A program made the position numbers and the translations under genes. The notes below the pieces were generated by a model, which searched no databases, was not told the origin of the DNA, and worked only from the letters and a program-made list of their open reading frames with translations. Below, in pieces: positions 12,410 to 22,928 of a stretch of 64,000 nucleotides of DNA (positions within the stretch are counted from its first letter, which is position 1; every line of letters starts with the position of its first letter). The DNA is taken from the NCBI RefSeq assembly GCF_006345805.1, contig NC_042999.1:141856001-141920000 (forward strand). The letters run 5' to 3'. This stretch comes from Octopus sinensis. Taxonomy: Eukaryota.

Positions 12410-14245
12410 CTTGCATTAATAAACCGATTCCTTTTTGAGAATTTTGATCACTTATATTGCCGAACATGTTAAAGTGTAAATCCTTTCATGTGCAACTTAA
12501 AATATTCTCGAAGCGCGATAATGCAAATTATTTTAATTTGCTTCGAGATTAAAATAACCTCGAAACAAATTAAAATAATCTCAGAGCAAATTAAATAGAT
12601 ATTTTTTTATATGAAAACGTAACGGACGTTTGTGTTTTGAAGTGCTTGGATTTACGTTGGATAGTTTTAAATTGGAATACATTGCATCGTTTAATTTATC
12701 CCTACAATGCTACGTTTGCTTACAGATAATGAAAATCAGTCCGAAAACAGCGAAAGCTTGACTCAAAGTATAAGTACTTCTATTTTACGAGGTGTCAAAC
12801 GAGGAAGCAAGCGAGGGCCATACAAGAAGTCTGCACTCGAAACTCGAAAGCGTGTACTGTCTGCAGCTGAACGAGGAAAAGATTTGAAATCTATTGCTGC
12901 AACACATGGCGTGAAGAAGACAACTGCATATAATTGGGTGCGCAGAGATCGTGCATCGCATTTGCGCCGTGGAGGTGTCCGTGATAAGGTGAAGAAGATA
13001 GAGCATGAACATATCGAGTCACTTATTGAGAGGTTAAACGAATGTCCACAATTAACATTGAAGAATCTTTGCGAACATTTACTTTCAAAGTATGGATTGA
13101 TTGTGTCCGAACAAACTATAGCCAATCATCTAGATGGAAGAATGATTTCATTGAAGCAAGTACATTTATGCCCAGAGACGGTCAACAATCAGAAAAACAA
13201 GCTTTTGAGGAAGGAGTACATCGAGACAGTGATGAAATCATCTGCTGAAGGAAAGTTCTTTGTATATATCGGCAAGTCAAATGTCAACCTTTTCCTTAGA
13301 AGAAGTAAAGGCGGGTTAATGAAAGGAACACGTTCAGTTCCGCATCTGCCTTCTTCCAAAGGTCCGACTATCCATATGATTGGGGCTGTTTGTCAAGCTG
13401 GATCGATCGATTTCCAAAGAACAAGAGGAAGTTATCGGAGTGACTCGTGCAATGTGTGGGTGCGAGACCTGTTGCAAAACGTTATTGGCAATGGTACTTC
13501 GTGTGAACAAATAGTGATGGTTACTGACAATGCCCCTTGCTACTCGGATTTAGAAAACGTCTTAAGTGAGTTCCAAGGAGCAACACTTCTTCGTCTTGCG
13601 CCTTATTCACCCATGTTAAATCCAGTTGAGGGTGTCTGGAGTGTGATTAAGACTCAACTCAAACAGAAGGAAGCCAATCAGCTTTCCGAATTGATAGCAG
13701 GTGATCCACAAAATATATTATCAAAATCTGAATGGAAACTTAGATTTGTGGAAAGGTTGATTGACGAAAGTGTAACCGTCATTACGCCTAGTATGTGTTT
13801 GAATTTCGTTAATCACATCCAGTTGTTATTTGGACGTGCCCTCCAAATGAAAGATATGCCTGTTGGTCAGTAAAAACAGTTTTACAAACTCATCATGTGA
13901 GAATGTTGTTGGTATGGCTATTTATATGACTGAATCGTTTTAACTTGAGGTGTGTAGGTACTTTGGGCTTGTAACTGTAGTTCTAAAATAGATGATGCCC
14001 ATAAATTCATGAAAGATATTTTGATACTTGTTCTATAATTATTGCCAGTTAAAATTAAACTAATTTATTACTCGTTAGATAAAGGCACCGGGAATATGGT
14101 AGGTGGCATTACCTAAATTAGAAAAGCAAAACATTAATTTTGTTTCGAGATTATTTTTATGTTTCATTGTTATTTTATTTCGATATTATTTTAATTTTCA
14201 ATGAAAAGGATTTGGTTCTGTGGTGAAAATGCACACTAACCACTG
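12410..14245 (+). mobile_element. IS630/Tc1-superfamily DNA transposon with degenerate TIRs
   Basis: Right end CACTG|TA (14241-14247). The left end tttaaatac..tgcatt..aaccgattcctttt is a deleted version of the right-end reverse complement. Subterminal taaaataa(c/t)ctcgaaacaaa repeats are inverted at about 12530-12600 and 14130-14200. Confidence 0.7.
12707..13873 (+). CDS. IS630/Tc1-like (DDE_3) transposase, 388 aa, uninterrupted but first catalytic Asp replaced
   Basis: N-terminal HTHs (GVKKTTAYNWV; LTLKNL..VSEQTIANHL), VTDNAPC and APYSPMLNPVE motifs with D-x33-E spacing. The expected YIDE motif reads YIGK. Confidence 0.9.
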   Translation: MLRLLTDNENQSENSESLTQSISTSILRGVKRGSKRGPYKKSALETRKRVLSAAERGKDLKSIAATHGVKKTTAYNWVRRDRASHLRRGGVRDKVKKIEHEHIESLIERLNECPQLTLKNLCEHLLSKYGLIVSEQTIANHLDGRMISLKQVHLCPETVNNQKNKLLRKEYIETVMKSSAEGKFFVYIGKSNVNLFLRRSKGGLMKGTRSVPHLPSSKGPTIHMIGAVCQAGSIDFQRTRGSYRSDSCNVWVRDLLQNVIGNGTSCEQIVMVTDNAPCYSDLENVLSEFQGATLLRLAPYSPMLNPVEGVWSVIKTQLKQKEANQLSELIAGDPQNILSKSEWKLRFVERLIDESVTVITPSMCLNFVNHIQLLFGRALQMKDMPVGQ

Positions 14246-14443
14246 TATTTAAAACTGGGAAAACGATATCGTAATGCGTCGTCTTAAACGCCGAGAACTT
14301 AGAAATGACGGTCTAACGTCTACAGTAATCGGGTTGGGTGAACCAGACTCATAGCGCTTGCGCGAGATTGTTAGTTGTTATCTTGGTGTCACATGCGTTG
14401 TGACTATTGTTTCTACGATTTCAAGATATCATAAAGGCTCGTC

Positions 14444-14983
14444 ATGGCGCAAACACCTACACGAAGGAAATACCAAGCTGGGTTTAAGTTGAACGTAATA
14501 GCATATGCAAAGAAGCACAATAATTGCGCTGCTGCACGAGAATATGGTGTAACGGAGAAGGTGGTGAGAGATTGGAGATTAAAAGAAGATATATTAAAGA
14601 AAATCCCTAAGAGCAAATGTGCAATGAGAAGAGGTAGTGCACATTGGCCAAATTTAGAAAATTATTTAGCAGATCTAGTTTGCGAGTATCGAAAAAATGG
14701 ATACGGTATATCAAGAAATAAAATCCGCAATATGGCACTCGAGTGGGCAAAAGAAAATCAAGCGGATTGTAAAGACTTCAAAGCCACCGCTTCATGGTGT
14801 AGTCGATTCATGGAGAGACATAACTTAGTATTGAGAAAGAGAACCAAATTAGCGAAGAAATTACCTACAGAGCTTGACACCGAAATAACTTATTCCCGTC
14901 GTTCTAAATTAATGCAGCGTAAAAAAAGTAATTACTTTCTTTATATCCCTTTGTCTTTTTTATTTGTAATTTCCGGCCTCTAA
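14444..14983 (+). mobile_element. pogo/Tigger-type N-terminal ORF: Brinker-type HTH plus CENP-B/Tc5 HTH, truncated before the DDE domain
   Basis: RRKYQAGFKL..AAAREYGV..VRDW, then WPNLE..L, FKATASWCSRFMERHNLVLRKRT. Followed by pogo-like subterminal cgtcttata motifs to about 15140. Confidence 0.85.
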
Positions 14984-16526
14984 CATGCTATATTTCGTGT
15001 GAAACTTTGTCTTATACGTTAAATATAAGACGAAATAAACATTTTGAGGGGAAATTTACGAAGTCGTCTTATATACCTTGTCGCATTATAGACCGACCCA
15101 CACGGTCATTTTTCTATCGGTGCATTATTATAGTCGGGATTAACTTTTCTTGACACCGCCATTAATGTTTATGTTGGCGTTGGTATATGAAAAGTTGCAC
15201 AACGCATAATTCAAAATCGAAGGTGGTACGAAATCTCGAAGCGAAAAAGATAAAATAGCTTGTTTACTGTTTGGATTAAAAACCCATACGGCGGAAGTAA
15301 AGAACATGAACTGCACCCACTTTCGGCTTTTGGGGAGTTTTTTTCCTACAGAAACCCACTTTTTTGACTGCAGAGATTCCGAATCGGCACTTCTTGTTAC
15401 TTTCACTCTTCCTACGAAATTGTGGGTTTCTTGCATAAGTTTTGTTGCACTTTTTCAACTCTTTACTAAAAATTCCCTGATAGGAATAAAAGTAATGTTT
15501 TATAACTTTCTTGGTCCAAGCTAAGTATTATATGTTTCTCTTCAGAACATGTTCTCGGCTGGTGTATGTTCCTGGAAAAGTATTTTAGAATTTGGTGCCA
15601 TTTAATCAGATTGTATGTCTGTCATCGTACTTCAATAGATGAAAATGAAGAGTTTTTTTTTTGTTTTTTTTGTCCCAAAGGTTTATAAGTAAATGGCTAA
15701 GACAACTAGCACATTGGTGTAAATTGATATTCCACAACAAGCATTCATTGTGTTACTTAACTGTGCTTACCGAGGAATTATGAAAAATATATGATTTAGA
15801 ATACGTTACACTTCTGCTTTATCTGTTTTTCGTTTGCTGCTAGAGTCACTATTGTTAAGGGCTCACAGTTTTCAACAATTCGTGAAAGCGTGAACATTTA
15901 CTTTCTTTTTGTATCAAATATAGAAGTTTTAAAATTATTACTTAAAACTGTTACTAATAATTTTAAAATGTAGATTATATATTGTTATCAGTGAGAACTC
16001 ATAATAGTTGCTCTTTGTAATGGGATAAACCGTTAATAATTAATGTATCTGATAATTATTTGGAAGGTGAAGATCCAACGATGGTAAATTTTTACTATTA
16101 CACTTGTCTCGTCAGTATGTATGGGTTTCTTAGAGAACAAGTGGAGTCCGACGGTTTTGATGGTCATATTCGTTCAAAACTCGTAAAAAAAGACTTAGGA
16201 AAAACGTACATATTATCTTCAAAGTATGACAGATGAAATAGTACGACTTTGGCTTATTGAGATTATGGTATACTGAGAAATTATTTCCGATTCATGATCC
16301 ACACATTTTCAAAAAGTAACTCAATAATGACTAAGTAGGTATAAGCTGTTAGCAGTCTGTAACCAAATCGTTGCTTATTTAATTTTCATGAATAGCTCTT
16401 TTCTTTCTCTCATCACAAATGCATCTAAAAGAAAATAAAAGAGTATTTCAAGAAGTGTTATCTTTATATCGTCCATGTAGTATTACATGAAAATTATTGA
16501 ACCTATAAACCACAAATGAATTTGTA

Positions 16527-16880
16527 CGTGGTTGAGAAGTTTGCTTACCAACGACATGATTTGGGGCAGTCCCTCTGAATGGCACCTTGGGCAATATCTT
16601 CTTCTATAGTACTGAACTGATCAAAGCTTTATGATTGGATTTGGTTGACAGAAACCGAAAGAAGGCCATCATATGTGTGTTTGCATCACATGATAGTTGT
16701 AAATGAGCATCACCATACCAGTGGTGTCCTTCGTTTCTAAACCTCTGTGAAACCATGTCTGACCAAGGGGAAATAATACGGTGCTTGGAAACAGGAGGGT
16801 TGGCAACAAAGGCATCAAGCCATAGATGATTTGCTTTGACAAATTCTGTCTGGCTCGTATAACCATTGAAAAGTGGAGTT
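16527..16880 (+). mobile_element. Degenerate tRNA-type SINE
   Basis: Head matches 57327-57476 (gtttgcttacc..ggcaccttgggcaa..gaaaccgaaagaa). Confidence 0.6.
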
Positions 16881-17111
16881 TAAAATGATGATAGCAATTT
16901 AATTTGCTTCCTTAATTACACTAGTAAAAGTTGACTAATGAGTTAATTAAAACAAAGCTTTATTGATTTTAGAACTTTTGTAGCCACAGCATTTCTAAAT
17001 TATTCTGAATGGTAATAGGGTTAATTTACCAGCACATAATTTCATATTTAGTAAATATGGTTATACAACCATTGGGGTATTAAATTAAGATGGACAGTAA
17101 TCCACAATCTG

Positions 17112-17482
17112 TCATCATCATCATCGTTTAACGTCCACTTTCCATGCTAGCATGGGTTGGACGGTTCAACTGGGGTCTGGGAAGCCAGAAGGCTGCACCA
17201 AGCCAGTCAGATCTGGCAGTGTTTCTACAGCTGGATGCCCTTCCTAACGCCAACCACTCCGTGAGTTAGTGGGTGCTTTTTATGTGCCACTGACACAGGT
17301 GTCAGACGAGGCTGGAGAACGACCACGCTCGGATGGTGCTTTTTATGTGCCACCGGCACGGAGGCCAGGCGAGGCTGGCAACGACCACGATCGGATGGTG
17401 TTTGTTACGTGCCACTTGTATGGAGGTCAGTTGATGCGGTGCTGGCTACGGCCACGTTCAGATGGTTCTCTTATGTATGCCT
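17112..17482 (-). mobile_element. RTE-LINE/SINE 3' tail with three ~60-bp repeat units
   Basis: Close reverse complement of about 59300-59610. Confidence 0.85.
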
Positions 17483-17586
17483 GCAAATTAAAAAAAAGTA
17501 TTCATAATATATTCATTATCAGTATAAATAGTAAATAATATGAAGACTGTATCAATGTATTTGACACTGTTTTATTTAAATTTCAG

Positions 17587-17651
17587 GTTCCAATGAGTAT
17601 GACAAGATTCTTGAAACTGCCTCAGAACTCTATACAGCTAATCAACTTCCG
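17587..17651 (+). CDS. BTB gene internal coding exon (phase 1-0), SNEYDKILETASELYTANQLP
   Basis: tttcag acceptor and CCG|GTAAAA donor; frame continuous with the next exon. Confidence 0.6.
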
Positions 17652-17835
17652 GTAAAAATAATATTAAAATTTCTTAGTAGTAGCTGGCTGTGTTAAAAGG
17701 GTTTCATCCATTTGAAAAGTTATGTAAGCACTCTGCTGCCCACACTATTGTTGACCCAATACATCATGCTATAAATAGATATAAGTATATGGACCCTTCC
17801 ACATTTACATGTACTTTTTCTATATTAGTATAGAG

Positions 17836-18036
17836 CAGGGATGGGCAACTTTTCCTCAATTGGAGGTCACATCGTACCATTTCCAAGTGGAAAAGGTCCA
17901 CATGATAAAACACATGCATGAAATATTACTTGCCTACTTTACACTGAATTTTTTGCAGTTCTTCTTAATTTTATTTATCTTAGTATGAAATTAGTAATCT
18001 AGAAACTTGTTGAAGGCCGCAGGTTGCCCATGCCTG
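17836..18036. mobile_element. hAT-Charlie-type MITE
   Basis: TIRs cagggatgggcaac / gttgcccatgcctg and a perfect 8-bp TSD gtatagag (17828-17835 and 18037-18044). Confidence 0.9.
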
Positions 18037-18530
18037 GTATAGAGTCATGCACTTAAATTGTGCTATTAATAAAATTTGTAGACTCGAGTTCAGGTAGTCA
18101 ATTCTTTGGAAAAGCATAATGTGCTTCACACTGTGATGCTTCCCAGCAATGACAAGTGTTAATAGAAACTAACACATCTTTTATTGTTTCCCTTATGATT
18201 TTTGTGCAAAATAACATTGTTTTTTCTTCAATATTAACTTAAAGTTTTTGGGAATGCCAAGTAATATTTCCATATTCTTTAAATAACATCTTTTTTACAC
18301 AAATAAAGGATTGAGATTTTTAATTGGGGATCTGAAAATTATGCCTTCCCCAGTGTCTTTAGTGACATGTCAGCCAATATTGATATTAGGGAATTAAAAT
18401 CATGTCCAAATCAGATTAGAAACTGGCAACACATGAGGTATTGAGAAAAAAAAGAATTACTGAAAGGTATGTTAAGTGATATTCACAACCAACTATTTTG
18501 ATTTTCATTTACTTCTATTATTCCTTGTAG

Positions 18531-18721
18531 GTAAAATCACAAGTGATTAAATCAGCCCATCAACAAATTACTCCTTCATATTCTTTAAATAAGTTAGATG
18601 TGGAACACCGGCGGAAAAATCCTTCTTCTTCAGCATCGAAATCCATCAATAGCTTATCAGATGCAAACCAATCATTTTCACCACCTGCAAAAGTTCCTAA
18701 AAAACATAACTTCTCTAAACC
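18531..18721 (+). CDS. BTB gene internal coding exon (phase 0-2), Ser/Lys/Pro-rich
   Basis: ttccttgtag acceptor and CC|GTGAGT donor; open reading frame. Confidence 0.7.
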
Positions 18722-20051
18722 GTGAGTGATTTCAGATTCATAACTTTTTTTTATTTTTAATTAATTTATTTTTTTAGATGTATTCATATTATTCATGCCA
18801 TTAAGCTATAGGAAAAAAAGAATCATGGATGGATAAAAGTTAAGTTGCTTTCTTCCTGGCTAAATGGGTAATAATGTGTATTCTGTTCTGTTGTTAAAGG
18901 AAAATGCTGAATTTCTAGACAAGACAATTCATAGTCAAACTGTCCAACCCATGCCAGCATGGAAAACGGATGTTAAACGATGATGTGAAAATGTATCTTC
19001 TACTGGTTAAAATGATGAATATTTCTGTTGTTCAATCAGCAAGCTCCTTAATCATTTGGATTATATTGTGTATGGGGCTAAGTATTCCACAGGTGCACAT
19101 GCCCTTAATGAATCGGGATCAGTATGACACAGTGTATCACAACACTGGCTCTTTGAAGTACAAGGACTGTCCATTTGACAGGCTTCTGTAGATTCCACCT
19201 ACCCAGTTTCACCCATAAGACCGAAGGCTATGGCAGAAGACACTTGGCCAAGTTAATGCACAGTGGGATTTAACCCAGGACCTCAGTAGTATTGAGTAAA
19301 GTATTAACTATTTTGCTAGTGTAAGTTTTACTTTCTGTTTTGAGTACAAAATTACATCTACTCAGAATAACTAGCATCTCAAGACATTTTTATTTATGAT
19401 ATCTTGTTAGGAAGGGCATCCAGCCATAAAAACTATGCCAAAACACACTCAGAAGAATGGTGCTGGCTCCCACCTAGCCAGCTCCATGCCAGCATGGAAG
19501 GAGGATGTTAAACAATGATGCTGATGATCTTCAGTAGCAATGCAATAACAAAATGCTTGAATGTTATATAGCTGAAAGAAACTATAATAGCATTCTCAAA
19601 ATTTATGTTCTATGTTTTATACCCAAGGTTGATTTCAGTAGAACAAATACCTATGTAGCAAGCAGTGCCCTTATTCCTAAAGACTCATCAGTGAATTCAA
19701 ATGGAACTTATTGTCAGCTAAGCCATGAACCTTGTTATAAACCTTGCCCAGTAAAACCTGTAATAATTCTGCACTAGCCTTTATTTCATTGATGAAATCA
19801 AATTATTTTAAGGCTGTCTTTAATTCTAGTTCTCTTTGTGTGATGAATTGTTTACTATTTCATGATATAAAATTTTTTGATATTAGTTTTACTTTTTGAA
19901 AGTTTATCTAAAATTCTCATACAATTCTATTTGCTTTTCATTATTAAAGTAACTTTTGCTGTAGATTTAGAAAATTATCAAAAATGATTTGGTTGGATTT
20001 TTTTTCTGCCTATAATTGACTTTTTTTATTTATTTTTTTTTTTTTTACTAG

Positions 20052-20382
20052 TTTTATTTCAGCTGGTCAAACTCATGTTATTGACAAACCAGCTGCTGTT
20101 TCATCGTCAACTACTGATACTAGATCCCAACCAATAGATTGCTCTAGTAGCTCTTCCAAAAATCAAAGTTTTTCATCAAAAAATATTCAAAAACCACAAA
20201 CTGCTCCTAAATCTGAGAAACAGTTGCAAATGAGTCCAACAATAGATGTATCTCACCAAAAAGAGAAACGCATGCTTGTAGTTCCAAACCATCAGTCATC
20301 TGTTATGTCAAACATGTCATCATTATGGAAAGCTGGTCGGTTGTGTGATGCTTACATCAGCAATGGTACAGTTAGTATTATG
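20052..20382 (+). CDS. BTB gene exon (phase 2-0) encoding the N-terminal part of the BTB/POZ domain
   Basis: ttttactag acceptor and ATG|GTAAGT donor; HQSSVMSNMSSLWKAGRLCDAYI matches the BTB start motif. Confidence 0.8.
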
Positions 20383-21938
20383 GTAAGTTTGCATTCAGAC
20401 TATGTTTGTAGATTCTTCTTCCCTTCTCTAGAAGAAGAGTTAATTAAAATAGCGTTTACTTTTATTTTGCTATTTTGTTGGAAGTTATAAGTATAGTTAA
20501 GTGACTCCAGATATAAATGCCTGAGCAAAGTATTGAAGTGAAAAGAACTAAGAAAGGAAAACAGTGTAGATGGAAGTAAGCAAATAATATGAATGACATT
20601 TATTATGTCATTGCCTTTCTACTGTTTGTTGACTACCACCACTATTAAGTGGAAGATAATGACAATTCTGATGACCACATAATGCTTTTCTTTGAATGTA
20701 TTTTTATTGGTGGGTGAAGACTATTGCATTTACAATTTGGAACTGTTGAGGATTCTTGAACTTTCTAAATACACTTAGAATAAATCATCAGCAAACAGCT
20801 ACACTAATTTTTCTCAACTATATGCATATTTGGTTCCAGTATTGACAACAGATTTCATTGTTATGTAAGAGTCAAAGATGGAGAACACTGGGATGGTTCA
20901 GCAGCCAATAGTTATGGGTTGGGAATGTTGACAAATTAAATATTGGCATATGACAGTCTCAGCTTTTTACTGCGTCATATTCTATTTAATTCCGTTTTCA
21001 CTGGACCATTAAAAGAACACCACACTATCACACTAATTACAAAACAAGCATCCTTCTACTAGGAAACTAATATAATTTGACTTACTGCAGCTCTTTTTAG
21101 AAAAAAAAAACTATATAGATGCCATTTTGAACTCAACTGGTTTGATGTTCTTGTCCTCCTCATCGACCAATTTTACTCAGTTAAAAATTTGGGGAATACA
21201 TTTAGTTTTGATTTAACTTGAGTTATGTTAATACTTTAGTAAAAAATTCTAGTATAAAAAATTTATTTTACTGCTATAAAGCTCAGTTTTACTTAATAGT
21301 AAACTTGAAAGGAATTAACATGAATTTGTTAGGATTGTGGGATGTGAAATAAGTTAATCCAAAGACCAAGCCTTTGGTAATACAATAGTGTTAATTTCTA
21401 ACATAGACACCATCATACTATTTGGTAAAGAGTATAAATAATTATGTGACATTTAAATAGGTGAACGGCAAATTTAATCTCCGGATTTGAATTCAGAACA
21501 TAAAAGTACGGAACCAAATATCACGATGCAGTTTATGTGATGTTCTATTGGTTCTGTTAATCCACCATCTTCTCTAGACAAGACAATTCATGGCCTTAAA
21601 CATTGGGCCAGAAATTATAGAGGAGAGGGTTAATTGATTATATCAATCCTAGTGTTCAACTGGTACTTATTTTAACAACTCCAAAAGGATGAAAGGCAAA
21701 ATTGATCTCAGTTGAATTTAAACTCAGACCACAAAGCCTGAAGAAATGCTGCTAAGCACTTAGTCTGATGTGCTAACGATTCTGCTAGGTTGCCACCTTA
21801 CTATCTTTTAATAATACTACTAACTTGTGGGATTTGAAATTAGGGCAAATGGGATTTGATTGGAATATGTTCCCTCTGGGGATAAGTTAATCTTTTGTTT
21901 TCATTCTATTAATTTTTGCCTTTGATTTTCATTTGCAG

Positions 21939-22928
21939 GTTCATCAAATTGTCTTTGGAGCTGTATGTCCCAAAGTGTTACCTGTATTTTACAATGCTTT
22001 TCATTCTGACTTACCTGCTGTAACATTCCCTTCCACTGTGAGTGAAGAAGCACTATTAGCTTTCTGTGAGTATATGTACGATGGTGTGCTGGAACTAGAT
22101 AAAAACATCCTGTCGCAATTGAAAATTATTGCCCAGTGTCTTGACATGCAGGGTTTTGATCAGCTTTGTAACAACCAGTTAAAAATAGCAGAAAATTCAG
22201 TAACAGTACCAACAGATATGTTGGAGTCAATACTTACTGAACCTTGCTCTTCATCAGGACTTATCTCAGACAATGCTACAAACACTCAAATTACATGCCA
22301 AGATAATTTCACTCCTGTTTCTCAAGTAATTCCTTCCAAACTTATCACTCTTTACAATCGTAATCTTGAGGAAAATTCCAATGTACTTTCCAGCAAATTT
22401 CCAACAGAGATAAAAAGAAAAGTTGTGAAACAGGAAATTTCTGATACTAGTAATGAACAAGATGATATTAACAGTAACCATGAAGATGACCTGATTAACA
22501 AACCACAAATCAAAGTAGAATTGATTGGTCCAGATGATCATCGATATGGATACCAGGACTTTTTGTTAGCACAACAAGGGTCAGACATTTCTGATGCAGA
22601 TTTAACTCAGTCAAGCTTACTTTCTCATAACACATCTCTGGATAACTTTGAACAAAATTCTGATATACAGCAAACTGAACAATCATTATTATCATCTTCA
22701 TCCCTCTCTCCTCATTTCTCACTTCATTCAGAATCTCATCCAGTTGGCTACATAACTCCTACATCAATCCGTAGACTAGTAAGTTGTGATAAATTCCAAC
22801 ATCTGAAAAATTCTGAGAATTCTAAGCCTTATCCTGTTAGTTTGTTCAGTGCAAATTATGAACCAATATCATTATCTTCATCCAACTTACAGTTAGTAAA
22901 TGTTAAAAAGAAGCATATAGCTAGATGA
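21939..22928 (+). CDS. BTB gene exon: rest of the BTB domain plus a long acidic/Ser-rich tail (probable last coding exon)
   Basis: tttgcag acceptor; VHQIVFGAVC..ALLAFCEYMYDGVLEL..LKIIAQCLDM..C. Stop at 22926-22928; a possible internal donor GTAAGT lies at 22779. Confidence 0.85.
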   Translation, partial: VHQIVFGAVCPKVLPVFYNAFHSDLPAVTFPSTVSEEALLAFCEYMYDGVLELDKNILSQLKIIAQCLDMQGFDQLCNNQLKIAENSVTVPTDMLESILTEPCSSSGLISDNATNTQITCQDNFTPVSQVIPSKLITLYNRNLEENSNVLSSKFPTEIKRKVVKQEISDTSNEQDDINSNHEDDLINKPQIKVELIGPDDHRYGYQDFLLAQQGSDISDADLTQSSLLSHNTSLDNFEQNSDIQQTEQSLLSSSSLSPHFSLHSESHPVGYITPTSIRRLVSCDKFQHLKNSENSKPYPVSLFSANYEPISLSSSNLQLVNVKKKHIAR

